Part shown: positions 26,060 to 40,519 of the stretch, piece by piece
Numbering within the stretch: the stretch's first letter is position 1
Layout: every line of letters starts with the position of its first letter
Source: Mobula birostris
Lineage: Eukaryota
Direction: 5' to 3'
Length of the DNA stretch: 64,000 bases
Assembly (NCBI RefSeq): GCF_030028105.1
Contig: NC_092379.1
Location: forward strand, 29,009,821-29,073,820
Position numbers and translations under genes: made by a program
The notes under the pieces: generated by a model
Told to the model about the DNA's origin: nothing
What the model saw: only the letters and a program-made list of their open reading frames with translations
Database searches by the model: none

Positions 26060-26460
26060 TTCCAAACATTTCAAGTGACTAGGAGTAAACAGTACACCCA
26101 CGTTAACGCCACGGCCAAGATACCTCACCAGAACTCTGTATTGCATACGACTAAAGAAGATTGGCATGTCGCCATCGGCACGTAGAAATATTTATCGATG
26201 CTTCACGCCTTGGTATTGCAACTGCTCTGCCCATGACTGTAAGAATCTGCAGAGTTACAGTCGCATCTGAGAAACCAGCCTATCCTACATGAATTTTGTC
26301 GCCTCAGTGAAGCCGCCATCTTAAATAAAAACAAAACATAACTTAATCAATCCCAGATATTGTCCCATCCCCCCATCTTTACCATCCGTTCTTCCATCGG
26401 GCAGAAAAAAGAAACAGTGGAAACTCGGACTACCAGTCGCAAGTGCAGCTACAGAACTCT
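26060..26460 (+). mobile_element. Rex1/Babar-type LINE 3' fragment, decayed
   Basis: Nucleotide resemblance to the RLYFLRRLKKFGMSP...WYGNCSAHDCKKLQRV coding region. Confidence 0.5.
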
Positions 26461-27009
26461 CGAAAGAAAATTCAATGGTTGCAAGCAAGATCAGGTTCAC
26501 TCTTCATTTCGCAGCATACATACCCATGGCTCTTGAACCTTGCAGTCCAACTGTACTACATATTCTCGGTATTTTAATTGCTGAGGTCACGGTAATTCCT
26601 GCTTTTGATCCCTGGTGACCCACACAGCGGCAAATTTTTCACGATACTTTTGTACAGATGACAATATTTACCACAAATCTAAATCTCCTCAGACTCTCTG
26701 TATCGATCACTCAAAATGAATGTTAATCATATCAAATCGTCTAATCTGTATTTTTCTTTTTAGTAGTAAATCGTCCATCAGACACATTGCACCTGAAAAC
26801 TTCACGTATGTTGATTGTGGCAAGACATTAGATGTTTGTTAGAAATCTAACAATCCAGTATGTCCACAGTTCCCTTGTTACAAAATGTAATGAGTCGAAG
26901 AAATATAGCAGAGTGGGAAATTACGATTTCCTCCAAAATTGTCAACAACAGGCAGGAAAAAAGCTCCGTATCCTATTACATGTACCTCGCTGAAATCCCT
27001 ATTTTTACT

Positions 27010-27560
27010 GGAAGTTTAAAGTTCGAAGTTTAAAGTACAGATATGACACTTCATATTACCCTGAAATTCTTCTTGCAGGCATTCACAATAAATAAAAAGA
27101 AACACGATAGACTCAAAGAAAACCTGCAACGACGAACAAACATGCAAAATGCAAACGGCCTCAAATTATGCAACTACAAAATGAAAAAAAAATCAAAATG
27201 ATAATAAGTAAAAAACTATGTCAAAAGCTCTGAGAACAAGAGTTGCAGCGTCCTTGAAAGTGAGTCCATAGGCTGTGGAAACATTTCATTGCTGGAGTGA
27301 GTGAAGTTATCTACTCTGGTTCAAGAGACTGTTGGGTGAGGGGCTACAGCTGTTTCTGAACCTGAGGGGATCTAAGTCTCATGTGCCGCCTTCCTGATGG
27401 CAGCATGGAGAGGAGAACATGATCTGAATGGTGGTAGTCCTTTATGATGGAAACTGCCTTCCTCCTTGTTCAATGGTGGGGAGAGCTTTACCTGTGATGA
27501 ACTACCCTGTATTCACAACTTCTTGGAGGCTTCAGGAATAATTCTCTCGCTTGGGCAGCA
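27010..27560 (-). mobile_element. Rex1/Babar-type LINE 3' end, decayed
   Basis: Decayed 3' ORF (ccttcctgatggcagc, reverse LPSGR) followed by a UTR and a short tandem tail. Confidence 0.5.
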
Positions 27561-27654
27561 CACCAAGAGCCGAACACTTAGGTGTCTATGCTGACCCTCA
27601 GTAATTTGTGTGTGTATCATTTCTGTTTTCACTGCGACTTGTCCTGTACTGAGA

Positions 27655-28050
27655 GCCTATTTGAAGACAAAGAACATATTTCGTAATTCATCACTAGAAT
27701 CCGGGTTATATTTAATTGTACGGTTTCCTGTATTTTCCTAAGAAGTGGGTATATCCCACTGGGCATTCTGGCCACTGTTTCATATCTCCTAACTCACATA
27801 TCTTCACCCTGTATATAGGAGATTCCTGATGATGCTGAGTGTTCAAATATATATATAATATGCTCTTCCTAGGTCATTAATCGCGCAGCTCCTGTGTCAC
27901 TGAATCGTTTTCCATCGTTCCATCAACAAAGCACATAGTGGCCAAACACCTCAGGACTGTGCTTAATCCTTGGAACATTCAGGAACAACGGGTGACCTAC
28001 CTGGCACAACGACTGTGACAATTTGGAACGTCGACGTTAAACACGTTGCG
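27655..28050 (-). pseudogene. V pseudogene, decayed
   Basis: Leader end FQIVTVVVPG|GTAGG. Exon GTMENDSVTQELRD...TQHHQESP...WPECPV...VQLNITRILV, with an internal deletion and frameshifts. Confidence 0.7.
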
Positions 28051-28108
28051 GGAAAATTCAGGTAATCATCATGCTCAGCTGTGATTTGTGTGATCTCTGG
28101 ATTTCTAC

Positions 28109-28955
28109 TGTCACGTACCCCGTGATGGGTTAAAGAACCAGCAGAAATGGAAAACACTTTGGAGTCCGGTATTGCTATTAAGTAATGGTGTTTATTAGTA
28201 ACGACGCAATACAGTAATGTAAAATCAGATATATAAAACAGGTTAGCAATGATTATAAATAAGTAAGTGTTGAAATATATGAAAACCAAGATTCCTCAAG
28301 TCAAGGGGTAAATAGATAGTCTTACGAAGATGAGTAAAGTTCAGTGGAGTTCGTGGTATTGAGTTGGGTAGTGATGGAGAGAGAGTGAGAGAGAGAGAGA
28401 GAGAGATTTGAGTCTTCAAGTGAGCTGACGCCGTCGATCTTTCCGTTGTCCTCCGAAATCCTTTAGAAGTAATCGACTGTGACCGAAACAAAGGTGACCG
28501 TTCTTCTGTGGTGGGATTATTAACCCAGGCGAGGGTTGGAAACACGAATAACTGCCCCCTCACACCATTTTCACACTGCGAGAGCCACTGATCAATCCGC
28601 CTGATCTATCCTCCAAAACGCACCTTTTCTGTGGGCACAACAAAGCTCATTTATTGTCCAAAACCATGTGTCTGTAGGTCTAACAGCTGACCTTCTATTT
28701 ATCTCACCGTGCTGAATACCAGCTGTCCACCAAGCAGCTCCTCCCTTCTCTCTCCGTAAGAACTTGGAAGCTGAGACTGTCCTTGTAGAAAGTATAAACA
28801 AACTGTGAGCAGTCTTCGCCTCTCTCTCTCTCTCTCCCTTTCTTTCGTTCTCTCTCTCTCTCTCTTTAACAAGGTGTCTGTGTTGAACAACTCACTCTCT
28901 CTCATGTTAAAGGTATAGTCCATGAAAGAAATATGACCCCTAGGGGTGCATAGCA
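28109..28955. mobile_element. Probable solo LTR (~850 bp)
   Basis: Begins TGTCACG, ends ...CATAGCA. Flanks CTAC/CTAG could be an imperfect 4-bp TSD. No coding content. Confidence 0.5.
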
Positions 28956-29204
28956 CTAGCATTTGTGTAAGCTCTCCGTTTTAACTCCACACCCTGCCTC
29001 GGTCTCTTTCTCTCTCGTATCTCAGTCTTTATTTCCGTCCCTCTCGTTCTCTCTTCCTCTTTGTGCCTGCATTTTTCGTTCGCATTGCTGATCCCTCTTT
29101 ACTTCGTCTCTCGACCTCTCCTTTGACTTCCTCTGCCCCTTTCCTTCTGAATGTCTTTTTCTACAATTCTTGTTCGCTTTCTCTATCTTTCTCTCCTGAT
29201 TTCT

Positions 29205-29257
<53 letters not shown>

Positions 29258-29939
29258 ACACCCCCCCCCCTCCACCTCTCTGTCTCAATCTCTCATTCTC
29301 TATTTGCACCTTTCTCTGCCAAGGTTACTTCACCTGCTGCTCTTTGAAACCAGAAATTTCCTCTAAGAGAGAGTTAATATTGACTGGATCCATTGGGTAT
29401 CATCTGCATCAAGATAACATTCTAGTGAAGCAACTCTGGCTCGTGATCGGTGTGAGGAGTTGGCTGAATAATTAAAGATGATAGCTACTGACTCACTGCG
29501 CTCTCGATGCACGGACTCGAACCTCTTCCTTTTCGATTGATGTAATTTCTGTTTCTTCTTGTCGGTCCATTTTTTTTTTCATTTTCAAAGTGTAATAAAT
29601 CAAGAGTCAATTCGCTAATTGAAAACAAAATGTCGGCCGCGGGATCTTGAAATAGGGGTGCATTAATTGCTCAGGAACATCTGTGGAAAGAGAATGGCTT
29701 GATCTTTCCTCAAACATTCTCACAAGTTGTGAAACGTCACGGGTTCTTCCAATGGAAGGATACGGTTAACACATCCGAAACTTTTCAAGACGGCCAGTTG
29801 TGAACCAAGATTAGAGGTTATCCTGTGTAAGTGTCTCTCAAACCATGATATTTGTAAATACAGCTGGAAACAGCAAATGCACAGAATTTTATTTAGTTGA
29901 ACAAGAAGTTCCCCCAGAAATGATTTGTAAAGTCTTCGT

Positions 29940-31378
29940 TTGTTTCTCTAGTGCGCAATCAGGTGAAGAAAAGCAACACAAGTTTGGATGCTTTTGTTCC
30001 TGATTCCGGTCCTCGTAAGTCTATTTTCAGCTGTAATTTCTCGCCCTATACTCCGCCACCACAGGAATCATTCTTTGCGCGGCCACCCCATCGAGGCTTT
30101 TCCACATTCGATGTTTCAATGAGATCCACCTCCTCATTCCTCTGAATTCCCCCCGAGTACAGGCCCAGACCAATCGCACCCCCCTCTATGATAAACCGTT
30201 CAATCCTGTGAAACTCCTTTGAAACTTCTTCAATTTCAGCGTATCGTCTCAAAGAGAAGATTTCCAAACCACTCACAATCCTCCAAGTGAAGCATTGGCA
30301 GCGTCCTTCATAGACCCAATATGATATAATTCCTTTTCATTTCTAGACCTCACGAAATGAACGCTAACGTTCCTTTCATAACACACTGCCTCCGTAATCC
30401 AACTACCACATCGTCAATCCTATCGTTCCGGTTCCCATCACCCTGCCAATTTTTTTTTTGAACTATACAGAGCCGCTCTAGCAAACCTCCCGAAAGGATA
30501 CTAGTCCCCCTCGGGATTAGGTGTAATCCGTCTATTTTCTACAAGCCGTACCTTTCACAGAAAATATCCCAATGATGCAGAAATCTGAACCCACTGCGCC
30601 CTGCACCGTTCCTCAGCCAAGCATTTATATGCAAAATGCTCCTATTCTTACGCTCTCTGACTAGTTGCAGAGACACCAATGCAGTGATTACTCTCCAGAA
30701 GGTCCTGCTTTTCCGCTTCCTACTATTCTCCCTAAGCTCTTTCTTCAGGACCACCTCGCAATTCTGACCTGTGTCATTGATGACAACACGTCTCAAGACT
30801 TCTGCTGCTAATCTTGCCCCTTGAGAATGGAGTGGATACAATCCGAAACAACTCTGCCTGGATCTTAGAAGATACCATATTATCTATGAGTCTCATCCGG
30901 TCCAAAGAATCCCGTCTCTGTTCCTTTAACTATGGAATTTCCTATCACTACTGCAGTCGAGTTTACCTGTCCTCTCTTCTGAACCTCAGCACCGGTCTGA
31001 GTGCCGGAGGCTTGGTCGATGTCTCGCTTCCAGTAGCTTGTCCCCATTAACAGTATCCAAACTAGCATATCTATTATTGAGTGGAAAGGTCACAGGGGTA
31101 CAGTCCCCTACCTTCTCCTGAAGTCACCCAGTTCTCTACCTCCTGCATCCTGGGGGTAACTACCTTTCTGGAGCTCCTATATATCACCTGCTCACTCTGC
31201 TGAATCAACAGAAGTTCCTGGACCTGCAGTACCAGTTCCTTAACATTTTCTCTGAGGAGTTGAACTTCGGTACACCTGGTGCAGATATGATTATACGAGA
31301 AGCCGTACGTCTCACACAAAGAATACAATACAGCTCCTGCAACCATTCTTGCTGCTCTATCTACCGGCAGCCAAAGAA
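29940..31378 (-). mobile_element. CR1 5' part (ORF1 esterase region), decayed, runs into an assembly gap
   Basis: AVVIGNSIVKGTE (GDS esterase motif variant) and LHINAWLRN...GFRFLHHWDIF. Confidence 0.75.
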
Positions 31379-33460
31379 NNNNNNNNNNNNNNNNNNNNNN
31401 NNNNNNNNNNNNNNNNNNNNNNNNNNNNNNNNNNNNNNNNNNNNNNNNNNNNNNNNNNNNNNNNNNNNNNNNNNNNNNNNNNNNNNNNNNNNNNNNNNNN
31501 NNNNNNNNNNNNNNNNNNNNNNNNNNNNNNGTATCAGACACTTAACTCACCCAAGTCTGGTGAACCCAATTCAAATCTTCCCGCTTCAACAATTGATGAT
31601 CCACTAGCATTTGTCTTGTTTCTATTCGCCCTTTGGGGTGAATGCTGTTTACTGATAGACCGCAGTTCAACATTCCGACGATAGGCTGTTAATACCCATT
31701 GTTCTGCACCCGTGAGTTCGAATACTCAGTTCAATTTGGGTAATTTCAATTTCTACTTGCCAGGATCGGTGAAATGTATTTTCCCCACAAGTTAATAAAC
31801 CAAGGGTCAAATTCAATTTAAAATTGCGGACACCTGAAGGAGGAAATATGGAACTACAGTTCCGAACTACTCAGATGATCTGAAAATACATATGGAAAGA
31901 CAGAGTTTTCAATCCTCTTATCTACACGTTATTTTGAAGCTGTTAAAGCGCACGAGCTCTCCGTCTACAGAGTGAATTTTAAACACTGGATACTTGTTCT
32001 GATGGCCAGTGGCGAACCAGGATGAGAAAATCTAGTTATGAGTGTGCCCTCAAGTCAATATAATGACAAAAGCATTTTGTTACTGAAAGAAGTGCAACAG
32101 CGCACTCTTTTTCCAATTTCCTGAACGAGTTACAGAGATGTTTTGAGCAGGAGGAAATTACAGTGTCAACACCCACCCTGACAACCTCAATGCCACTGAA
32201 ACCACAGACACGGTTGTGAGTGCAATATTCGTCTCCAGGAGAGTGAAACAACGCAAATAATTTGGACGGATTGGTGTCGGAGGCCATGACCTTAGATATT
32301 GCACAGTTCAGCTGGCGGCTTCTTTTCAAACGTTTTGACCCTCCCATTGTTTTAACCTGATTCTCTCATCTGCCCTAAGAATACAACCATCGGATCCGCA
32401 CTTATAAAAACATTGTAACACATGACCCCGAGAATTCATTCCGATTTGCACTGATGCACAATACAATGCTCTCTATATGAAAGCATTTTCTTGCCCCAGT
32501 CTGCAAGAAACTCCAGAGTAATGGACACAATTCAATGATTTCAAACTCAAGGATTTCATACAATAATTCTGCCTATATTTTCGCCACCTGGGTAAAGCTG
32601 TCAGCAAAAGCAAACGCTTTAACCACTTCTAATATTTTCTCTTTTGGTCCACGCATAGAGAAGAAGATCCAGGGTAAAGGGCAGCACCTACCATGCCGAC
32701 ATATGCGCAATGATTTTTTTTAACTTATATTGACCTGGTTGTGACTTTGCACTTTTTCATCTACCTGCAGTGCACTTTGACTGTAGCTGCTACATTCTAT
32801 TCTGCCTCTTTCCGTTTCGCTCTTTTTCCCTCTCCCTCTCACTGCTCCCGCCTACACAGCGTGAGAAAATGACTACAGTCATAGCATCCGTAAATTACGT
32901 CATGTAACACGTAGTCCCTTTATGAGCATATCAACTTACATTATAAGTAGATGTCGTAACGTCATTTAATGTAGCGCATTCCCACCAGTCATGCACACTA
33001 ACTACCCATTTATCCCCTCTCTTTACTTTCCTTTCCTGGTCCATAGACTCTAGCTGTATCTTTATTTTGATCAGTTGCGTTTTGATGTGATCCATTCCCG
33101 TCTTGACATGTACAGTTTCGGCATTTGCAAGCTCCTCCCTCATCTTCACTGTAAGAACCTCTAAAATCTCTGCCAAAGTTGTGAAAGGCGATGTCCAGCA
33201 AAAATATCAGGCAGATAATGGATTTGTAGATAAACGGGGAAAATGGACTTCCATGTGTGGGAAATGTTCAGTAACGTTTCAGTTTGTGCAACCTGGTACA
33301 CATTCACTTGACGGATAGTTCCTTAAGCCTGCATATCTTTTGCGAATATGTTTCACATTCTTAAGTCGATCACGTGACCGTGGAGGATTTGTGTGTGAGT
33401 CCCTGGCAGTTTTCCCGCAAAGGGCTCCCACTAGTGGGCATTCATTGTATTGCGGAGGTC

Positions 33461-33499
33461 CAATTTTGTTCGGAGTCGTCATCGCCCTGCAATACTGTG
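33461..33499 (-). other. 23-RSS
   Basis: CACAGTA + 23 nt + ACAAAATTG. Confidence 0.88.
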
Positions 33500-33932
33500 G
33501 GCTTCATGACACAAAGATACACGGCGGAGACCGACACAAGAGCTCCAGAAATCTTCAAATGACCTATCTTATTGGCTTTCTCCCAACCAGCGGTAAACCT
33601 TGCCGGACATTCTGGATGCTGTTCCATTTTTCCGCTGCTATATACTAGTAGCAAATATTTTGGAGATTCCACGTGATGCTGAACGTACCAAAAAATAGTG
33701 GCAGCAATGCCACTGTAATTACAGTTCATTGTTATACTTTGTTCTTCCACAATAGTTATTTCAGTCGGCCATTGCGTCACGGAATCCTTCCCAATTGTTC
33801 CTGCCATAAGAAGACAGAATGCATGAACAGATCGATCTTTCTCCGGACAGAAGGAACAGATACAGGCCGTTACCGCGGAGACTCACCTGGCATCATAGTC
33901 AATATAATCGTCAGAGAACACAGAAAATTCAT
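33500..33932 (-). CDS. TCR alpha/delta-like V segment, family C, intact (leader 33887-33932, V exon 33500-33800)
   Basis: Leader MNFLCSLTIILTMMPG with GTGAGT donor and GGCAG acceptor. Open exon TIGKDSVTQWPTEITIVEEQSITMNCNYSGIAATIFWYVQHH...ECPARFTAGW...VSAVYLCVMK. The usual Asp before SAVY is Val. Confidence 0.88.
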
Positions 33933-35214
33933 GGTGTCTGTTTTCAATCTCAATCGAAAGGCAGTTTACTTGCTGTAAAATAAGTTAATATCCTTGACCG
34001 ATATTAACGAGTAAAATCAGACTTGCTGCATATTTCAGCTCGCGTAAAGCTGGGGGCGCTGCCACGCTAATGCATTGATTGGCTGTGAGCACCGAACTGA
34101 TCCACTAATCAGAGTTAAGCTTGTTTCAATCCTCTGGCTGTTTTTGCTTGCCTTTATAACCCTTTCTATCACGTATTTCTCCTTCGCAATGTTTCTCCAA
34201 TTTTCACTTATTTACAATCTCACTCACTTCTTACACCACTCTTTCCCACTCCTTCTTCCTTTCTGTTCCACGTCAGCGCTCTCTCTCTCTCGCTCTGTAC
34301 ATGCATTTCATCATATTCATCCATGTCCTTCCATTTTTCATTCCCTCCTGTGACACTCTTCTTCCATCGATCCTTCCTTCAGATGCACTCGCGTTGCTAT
34401 GTCCTTCCTTCCCTCTTGCTCTTTGTTTCCCTTTCTCTTGCTCTCGCTCCCTCCGTCCAGCTCTCTGTCACCCTTTTTCTATCCCGCACTCTGAACTTTT
34501 TATTTAATTAGCGGTAGATCGCGGAATAGGCCTTTCACCTCCAGCGCTCCCAGATCCTAGCGTAGCACAGCGGAATTTACAATAACTTATCAACCTACTT
34601 ATCCGTACATTTTGCACAGTACGCTGATACCGCGGAACCCGGAGAAAGCCCGGCCATTCCGAAAGGAGGACCTACAGACCCTTTACTGATGCGCAAAACG
34701 GAACACCGAAATCTATGCCGGAGCTGGAAATAGCGCCGCGCCACGACTATACTATGGTGGCTGGACTTCAATCTCTCTCTTACATTCCTCTTCGACTGAG
34801 TCTCCCATTCCCTGCTTTTCGCTCCTCCTCAGTCCCTATCTTTGCTTACTGCTCTATCGATTATCATCTCTCTCGCTCTCTTACCTCATTACTCTTACGT
34901 CTCCTATATTCACTTTCTCACTCCATCGTTCCTGACCGCCCTCTTTCTCCCCCTATTTTACTCACGATATAAGTCCCCCAACATTTCTCATAGATTTCAT
35001 TGTCTCCTCTGCTCACTCGTAAACCGCAATTCACACCTAACGCATTTCTCCCCTCCGGCAAACGGGGGACACGTCACTGATGCAGACAACAAAGAAAACA
35101 TATTCGTGGGGAGAGGGAGTGGGACATGTTGCTTTCTGTACCCATCTCGTGTCCTCTACACTTCAGCCTTTTCTCTCCAGGGAAGATGTTGTCGCCCGAG
35201 TCTCGACGGACCAG

Positions 35215-35900
35215 ATTTTGATGAAAAACCTGCAAATGCTACACGTCCAAAACAACGCACAAAACTCTGGAGGAAGAGAGCGTGTCAGGCAGCATCTATG
35301 AAGAAATGTAAGCAGTCGGTGATGCGGTGCAAGCCCCATCTTCAGGACTGAGAAGGGAGGAAAGTGATGCCTAAGGTAAAAGGTGGAGGGGGCGGGGGGA
35401 AAGAGGGTAACTGAAAGGTGATATGTGAAATCATGCTGAAGAAAGGCCAAGGGCTGGAGAAGTATCTGACAGGAGAGGACAGTGCACAGCAGGAGACTTG
35501 GAAGGATAAGGATACACAAGGGGAAGTAATAGGTTGGTGAGGAGTAAAAGGTTAGAGTGGGGAATAGAATAATTGGTAGTTTGTGGTAATTTGTTCAATC
35601 GGAAGAAGTAATCATACCATGAGGTTTTTAAGCACCCGGTAGGAATGTAAGATGTTGCTCTTCCTCCCTGAGTATGGTCTCACCCTGGCACAAAAAGAGG
35701 CCATGGATCGACATGTCAAAATGAGAAGGGATGCGGAATTAAAGTACTTGGCCACCCAGAAGTTCCACTTGCAGCGGATGATGCTGAAATGCTGGACGAA
35801 CCGGTCCCCAGTTTATAACGGGTCTCACCAATCTAGAGGAGCCCCTATTGGGATGACTGGACACAACAGGGGACCAAGCAGATTTGCAGGTGAAATGTGT
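35215..35900 (-). mobile_element. Penelope-like element 3' fragment, decayed
   Basis: Reverse strand has the EEEQHL-type ORF end, a purine-rich UTR, a degenerate CTGAAGA...CGACTG motif and the PLE terminus. The terminus is also in the paralog at 48060-48140. Confidence 0.55.
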
Positions 35901-36299
35901 TTCAGCTGGAAGAAATGTTTGTGGCTCTCAGTGGTAGTGCGCCGGCTGCAGCTATCAAGCCGCTTGCAGGGATCAGTGCCTGGATGAACTTAGTGGGGAG
36001 GACGAATAAAAAAGAATCGTGGAAAATGTGTTCCCTGTCGAAAGCGCAGGGACCTGGTAAGGTAGTAGGGTCCCTTAGCAGAGGGTGTACCTTAGGGCGT
36101 CCCCTAAACGAGCTCTCATTTCATTCAGGGTGAACTTTTTAAAAGATCTGCAGTCGCCCTGGTACACTATGGACTGAATGGCAAAAAGATACATGGCGGA
36201 ATCAGGTTCAAAAATCCTGAGATATTTAAATAAAATCGTATGAAAATCAGTAATATTGCTTTATGAAAATCTGACCCAGGAGAAGGTCATTGCGTCACA

Positions 36300-37110
36300 T
36301 TAGGAATTGCGGAGACTTAAGGGAGACACGTGTCTGCCCGTTCCCTCGCACCCGATTGGTAATTTGCTCAAGATGTGCCTTCCACTGGCAGGGGTGTTCG
36401 CTCTGGGAAAGCTTCTCTTAGGTTTTACTTTTTCCTTCTTACTTTACCTAGTATAGTAAAAGGCTGCTATTTGTTTTTTCATGCCAGAAGTTGGAGTCCT
36501 GTGAGATCCAGAGTCTCCCAGAAAACTACACCTGCGTGGTGTGTATCTGTCTGAAGCCCCTGGAGCAACATGTTAGGGATCTGGAGCAGCAAATGAATGA
36601 CCTTTTCGCTCCTACGGCAGAGCGAGGAGACAATCGATAGGAGTTACAGGGAAGTGACCATCGCGAAGCTGCAGGAGGCTAGTGGTTGGGTGACTATCAG
36701 GGGAAATGGAAATGTAGTTAGCACAGAGCACACTTGCGGCCATTCCTCTCAATAATACGTACAGCGTTTTCGATATTGTTGTGGGGAATGACCTCCCAGG
36801 GGAATGGTTCGGAGACCGGTTCACTGCCACAAGCATAGGTCTGTGGTGCAGAAGCGAATGAGGAATGAGAAGGAAGCGATAGCGGCTCAGTAATCAGGGG
36901 AACAGTCAGGAGATACTGTGGACATAAACGGGACACCAGAATGATATGCTGCCTCCCAGGCACCAGGGTCAGTGACTTCTCCGATCACGGACACGACATT
37001 TTTGCGAGTGAGTGACCGCATTCAGATGTCTTGGTACGTTTTGGTATCAATGACATACGAAGGAAAAGCAAAGAGATGCAGAAAAGAAAATTTAGACAGC
37101 CAGATAGAAG
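36300..37110 (+). mobile_element. CR1 ORF1 fragment, decayed
   Basis: Nucleotide match in reverse to the ORF1 region at 30700-31300 (e.g. tgctgcctcccaggcaccagggtcag, aggaagtgaccatcgcgaagctgcagg). Confidence 0.65.
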
Positions 37111-37135
37111 GCACTGAGAGTGTGTCAGAACCATA

Positions 37136-39340
37136 AAACCATAGAACCATAGAAACTACAGCACAGAAACAGGCCTTTTGGCCCTTCTTGGCTGTGCCGA
37201 ACCATTTTCTGCCTAGTCCCACTGACCTGCACACGGGCCATATCTCTCCATACACCTCCCATCCATGTAACTGTCCAATTTATTCTAAAAATGTTAAAAA
37301 AGAATCCGCATTTACCACCTCGTCTGGTAGCTCATTCCATACTCCCACCACTCTCTGTGTGCAGAAGCCCCCCCTAATGTTCCCTTTAAACATTTCCCCC
37401 CTCACCCTTAACCCATGTCCTCTGGTTTTTTTCTCCCCTTGCCTCAGTGGAAAAAGCCTGCTTGCATTCACTCTATCTATACCCATCATAATTTTATATA
37501 CCTCTATCAAATCTCCCCTTATTCTTCTACGCTCCAGGCAATAAAGTCCTAACCTATTCAACCTTTCTCTGTAACTGAGTTTCTCAAGTCCCGGCATCAT
37601 CCTTGTAAACCTTCTCTTCACTCTTTCAACCTTATTTATATCCTTCCTGTAATTTGGTGACAAAAACTGAACACAATACTCCAGATTTGGCCTCACCAAT
37701 GCCTTATACAACCTCATCATAATATTCCAGCTCTTATACTCAATACTTCGATTAATAAAGGCCAATGTACCAAAAGCTCTCTTTACGACCCTATCTACCT
37801 GTGACGACACTTTTAGGGAATTTTGTATCTGCATTCCCAGATCCCTCTGTTCCACTGCACTCTTCAGTGCCTTACCATTAACCCTGTATGTTCTACGTTG
37901 GTTTGTCCTTCCAACGTGCAATACCTCACACTTGTCAGTATTAAACTCCATCTGCCATTTTTCAGCCCATTTTTCCAGCTGGTCCAAGTCTCTCTGCAGG
38001 CTCTGAAAACCTTCCTCACTGTCTACTACACCTCCAATCGTTGTATCATCAGCAAACTTGCTGATCCAATTTACCACATTATCATCCAGAGCATTGATAT
38101 AGATGACAAAGAACAATGGACCCAGCACTGATCCCTGTGGCACACCACTAGTCACAGACCTCCACTCAGAGAAGCAATTTCTACCGCCACTCTCTGGCTT
38201 CTTCCATCGAGCCAATGTCCAATCCAATTTACCAACTCTCCATGTATACCTAGCGACTGAATTTTCCTAACTAACCTCCCATGCGGGACCTTGTCTAAGG
38301 CCTTACTGAAGTCCATGTGGACAATATCCACTGCCTTCCCTTCATCCACTTTCCTGGTAACCTTCTCGAAAAACTCCAACAGATTGGTCAAACATGATCT
38401 ACCACGCACAAAGCCATGTTGACTCTCCCTAATAAGCCCCTGTCTATCCAAATGCTTGTAGATTCTGTCTCTTAGTACTCCCTCCAATAACTTACCTACT
38501 ACTGACGTTAAACTCACCGGCCTATAATTTCCCGGATTACTTTTCGATCCTTTTTTAAACAACGGAACAACATGAACCACTCTCCAATCCTCCGGCACTT
38601 CACCCGTAGACAGCGACATTTTAAATATTTCTGCCAGGGCCCCCGCAATTTCAACACTAGTCTCCTTCAAGGTCCGAGGGAACATCCTGCCAGGTCGCGG
38701 GGATTTATCCACTTAAATTTTCCTCAAGACAGCAAGCACCTCCTCCTTTTCAATCTGTACAGTTGCCATGGTCTGACTACTTGATTCCCTCAATTCCATA
38801 GATTTCATGCCAGGTTCCTTAGTAAATACAGACGCAAAAAACCTATTTAAGATCTCCCCCATTTCCTTTGGTTCCGCACAAAGCCGACCACTCTGATCTT
38901 CAAGAGGACCAATTTTATCCCTTACAATCCTTTTGCTCTTAATGTACCTGTAAAAGCTCTTTGGATTATCCTTCACTTTGACTGCCAAGGCAACCTCATG
39001 TCTTCTTTTTGCCCTCCTGATTTCTTTTTTAAGTATTTTCTTGCACTTCTTATACTCCTCAAGCACCTGATTTACCCCTGTTTCCTATACATTTCATACA
39101 ACTCCCTCTTCTTCTTTATCAGAGTTGCAATATCCCTTGAGAACCAAGGTTCCTTATTCCTATTCAATTTGCCTTTAATCCTGACAGGAACATACAAACT
39201 CTGCACTCTCAAAATTTCCCCTTTGAAGGCTTCCCACCTACCAATCACATCTTTGCCAGAGAACAACCTGTCCCAATCCACGCTTTTTAGATCCTTTTTC
39301 ATTTCTTCATTTCTTTTTAACTCCTTTCTCATTTCTTCAT
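37136..39340 (-). mobile_element. CR1 LINE ORF2 (linker + RT), 5'-truncated, relatively young
   Basis: ORFs 39072-39332, 38713-39066, 38152-38712 and 37280-38227 are consecutive ORF2 pieces (NYRPVSLT, QHGFVRGRSC, GVPQGSVLGP, SKFADD). Tail (CTATGGTT)n at 37136-37155. Confidence 0.93.
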
Positions 39341-40519
39341 TTCTTTTTTAAATCCTTTCTCATTTGTTATCACGGGAATCCTTGGAGGGCAGTATGTTGG
39401 GAGTATTTAAGGCAGATCGTGATAGGTCCTTGGTTGAATATGGCATCAAAGGTTACAAGGGGAAGGCCGGCAGGTGGTGCTGAGGAAAGACCGATGGATC
39501 AGCCATGATTGACAGACTCCATGTGCAAATGGCATATTTATACCGCTATCTCTTATCGTCTTATGCTGCCTTTCGCAATCAGCAGGTTTAAGCAGCACAC
39601 ACTTCTTCGCTCGCGGCTCTTCTGGCGCGTCTTCTTTTTGTCTGAATCCTTACTACGTCATGTCTCCCTCCCTTCTTTGTATCCCATAATCACTCCTCAT
39701 TACCTGTTTCCTATCTCTTCTCCCCATTATCGATACACCTCTCTTTCTCTTTTCTACGTTCTCCGTTGTTTTCCCATTTTCTCCACTCTTTCGCGCTGTC
39801 TGACTCCCCCAGTTTACATGCTGAATATGGTGAATGTCTCCGTCCTTTTCGTTCTCCCCTCTCCCCGCCCTCGTTTTGCTCTATGTTTGTTTTTTTTGTA
39901 ACCAGTTTCTCTGTATTTCTCTCTCAATCATTTTGTTCTGTTATTCCGTCTCCCGACTCTCTCTCTCTCTTCCTCTCTCTCTCTCTCCCTCTCTCTCTCT
40001 CTCGATCTCTCACTGTCACTTTTTCCACCCTTCAATCTCTGTATCACTCAATGTGGTTATTCCACACGCCAGCGCCGTTGTTAAAGAATGGATAGATAAA
40101 AAGGAATAATCCAGTGATCTGGGTTACCAGGGTCATGCCTGGCTTTCTCCAGGCGTTACCAGCTTCATGCCTGGTTCTCTCCAGGCTTTAACAAGCTCAT
40201 GGTCAACTGCATAAAATAACTGTATCATGGTTCCTCACTACGATAAGATTTATCTCCATCTACCTCTTGCACCTTTGCCAAAGATTCGCAGTAGTTGCTT
40301 CACATTTGCCAAGTTTTATCCACGCATTGGTATATAGCCTCTTCTCTTCCGAAACTGCTATTGGGGGCGCAGGGTGTGTTGTAACTCTTGGTCCCGAGCC
40401 CCCGCACACCCTGGTAGCCTCTACGCAGAGAGTGGTGTTGTCTGCTGGTCTCTGAGGACGGGACGTTTTTCGTGGTTGAGCTGGGAGTGGTGGGGTTAGG
40501 GTGCCCTCAGAACCGAATG

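Noticed and set aside
29345-29560. GTGAGT...TGCAG pair spaced like a leader intron
   Set aside because: The upstream sequence is not a signal peptide and the downstream sequence is not V-like.
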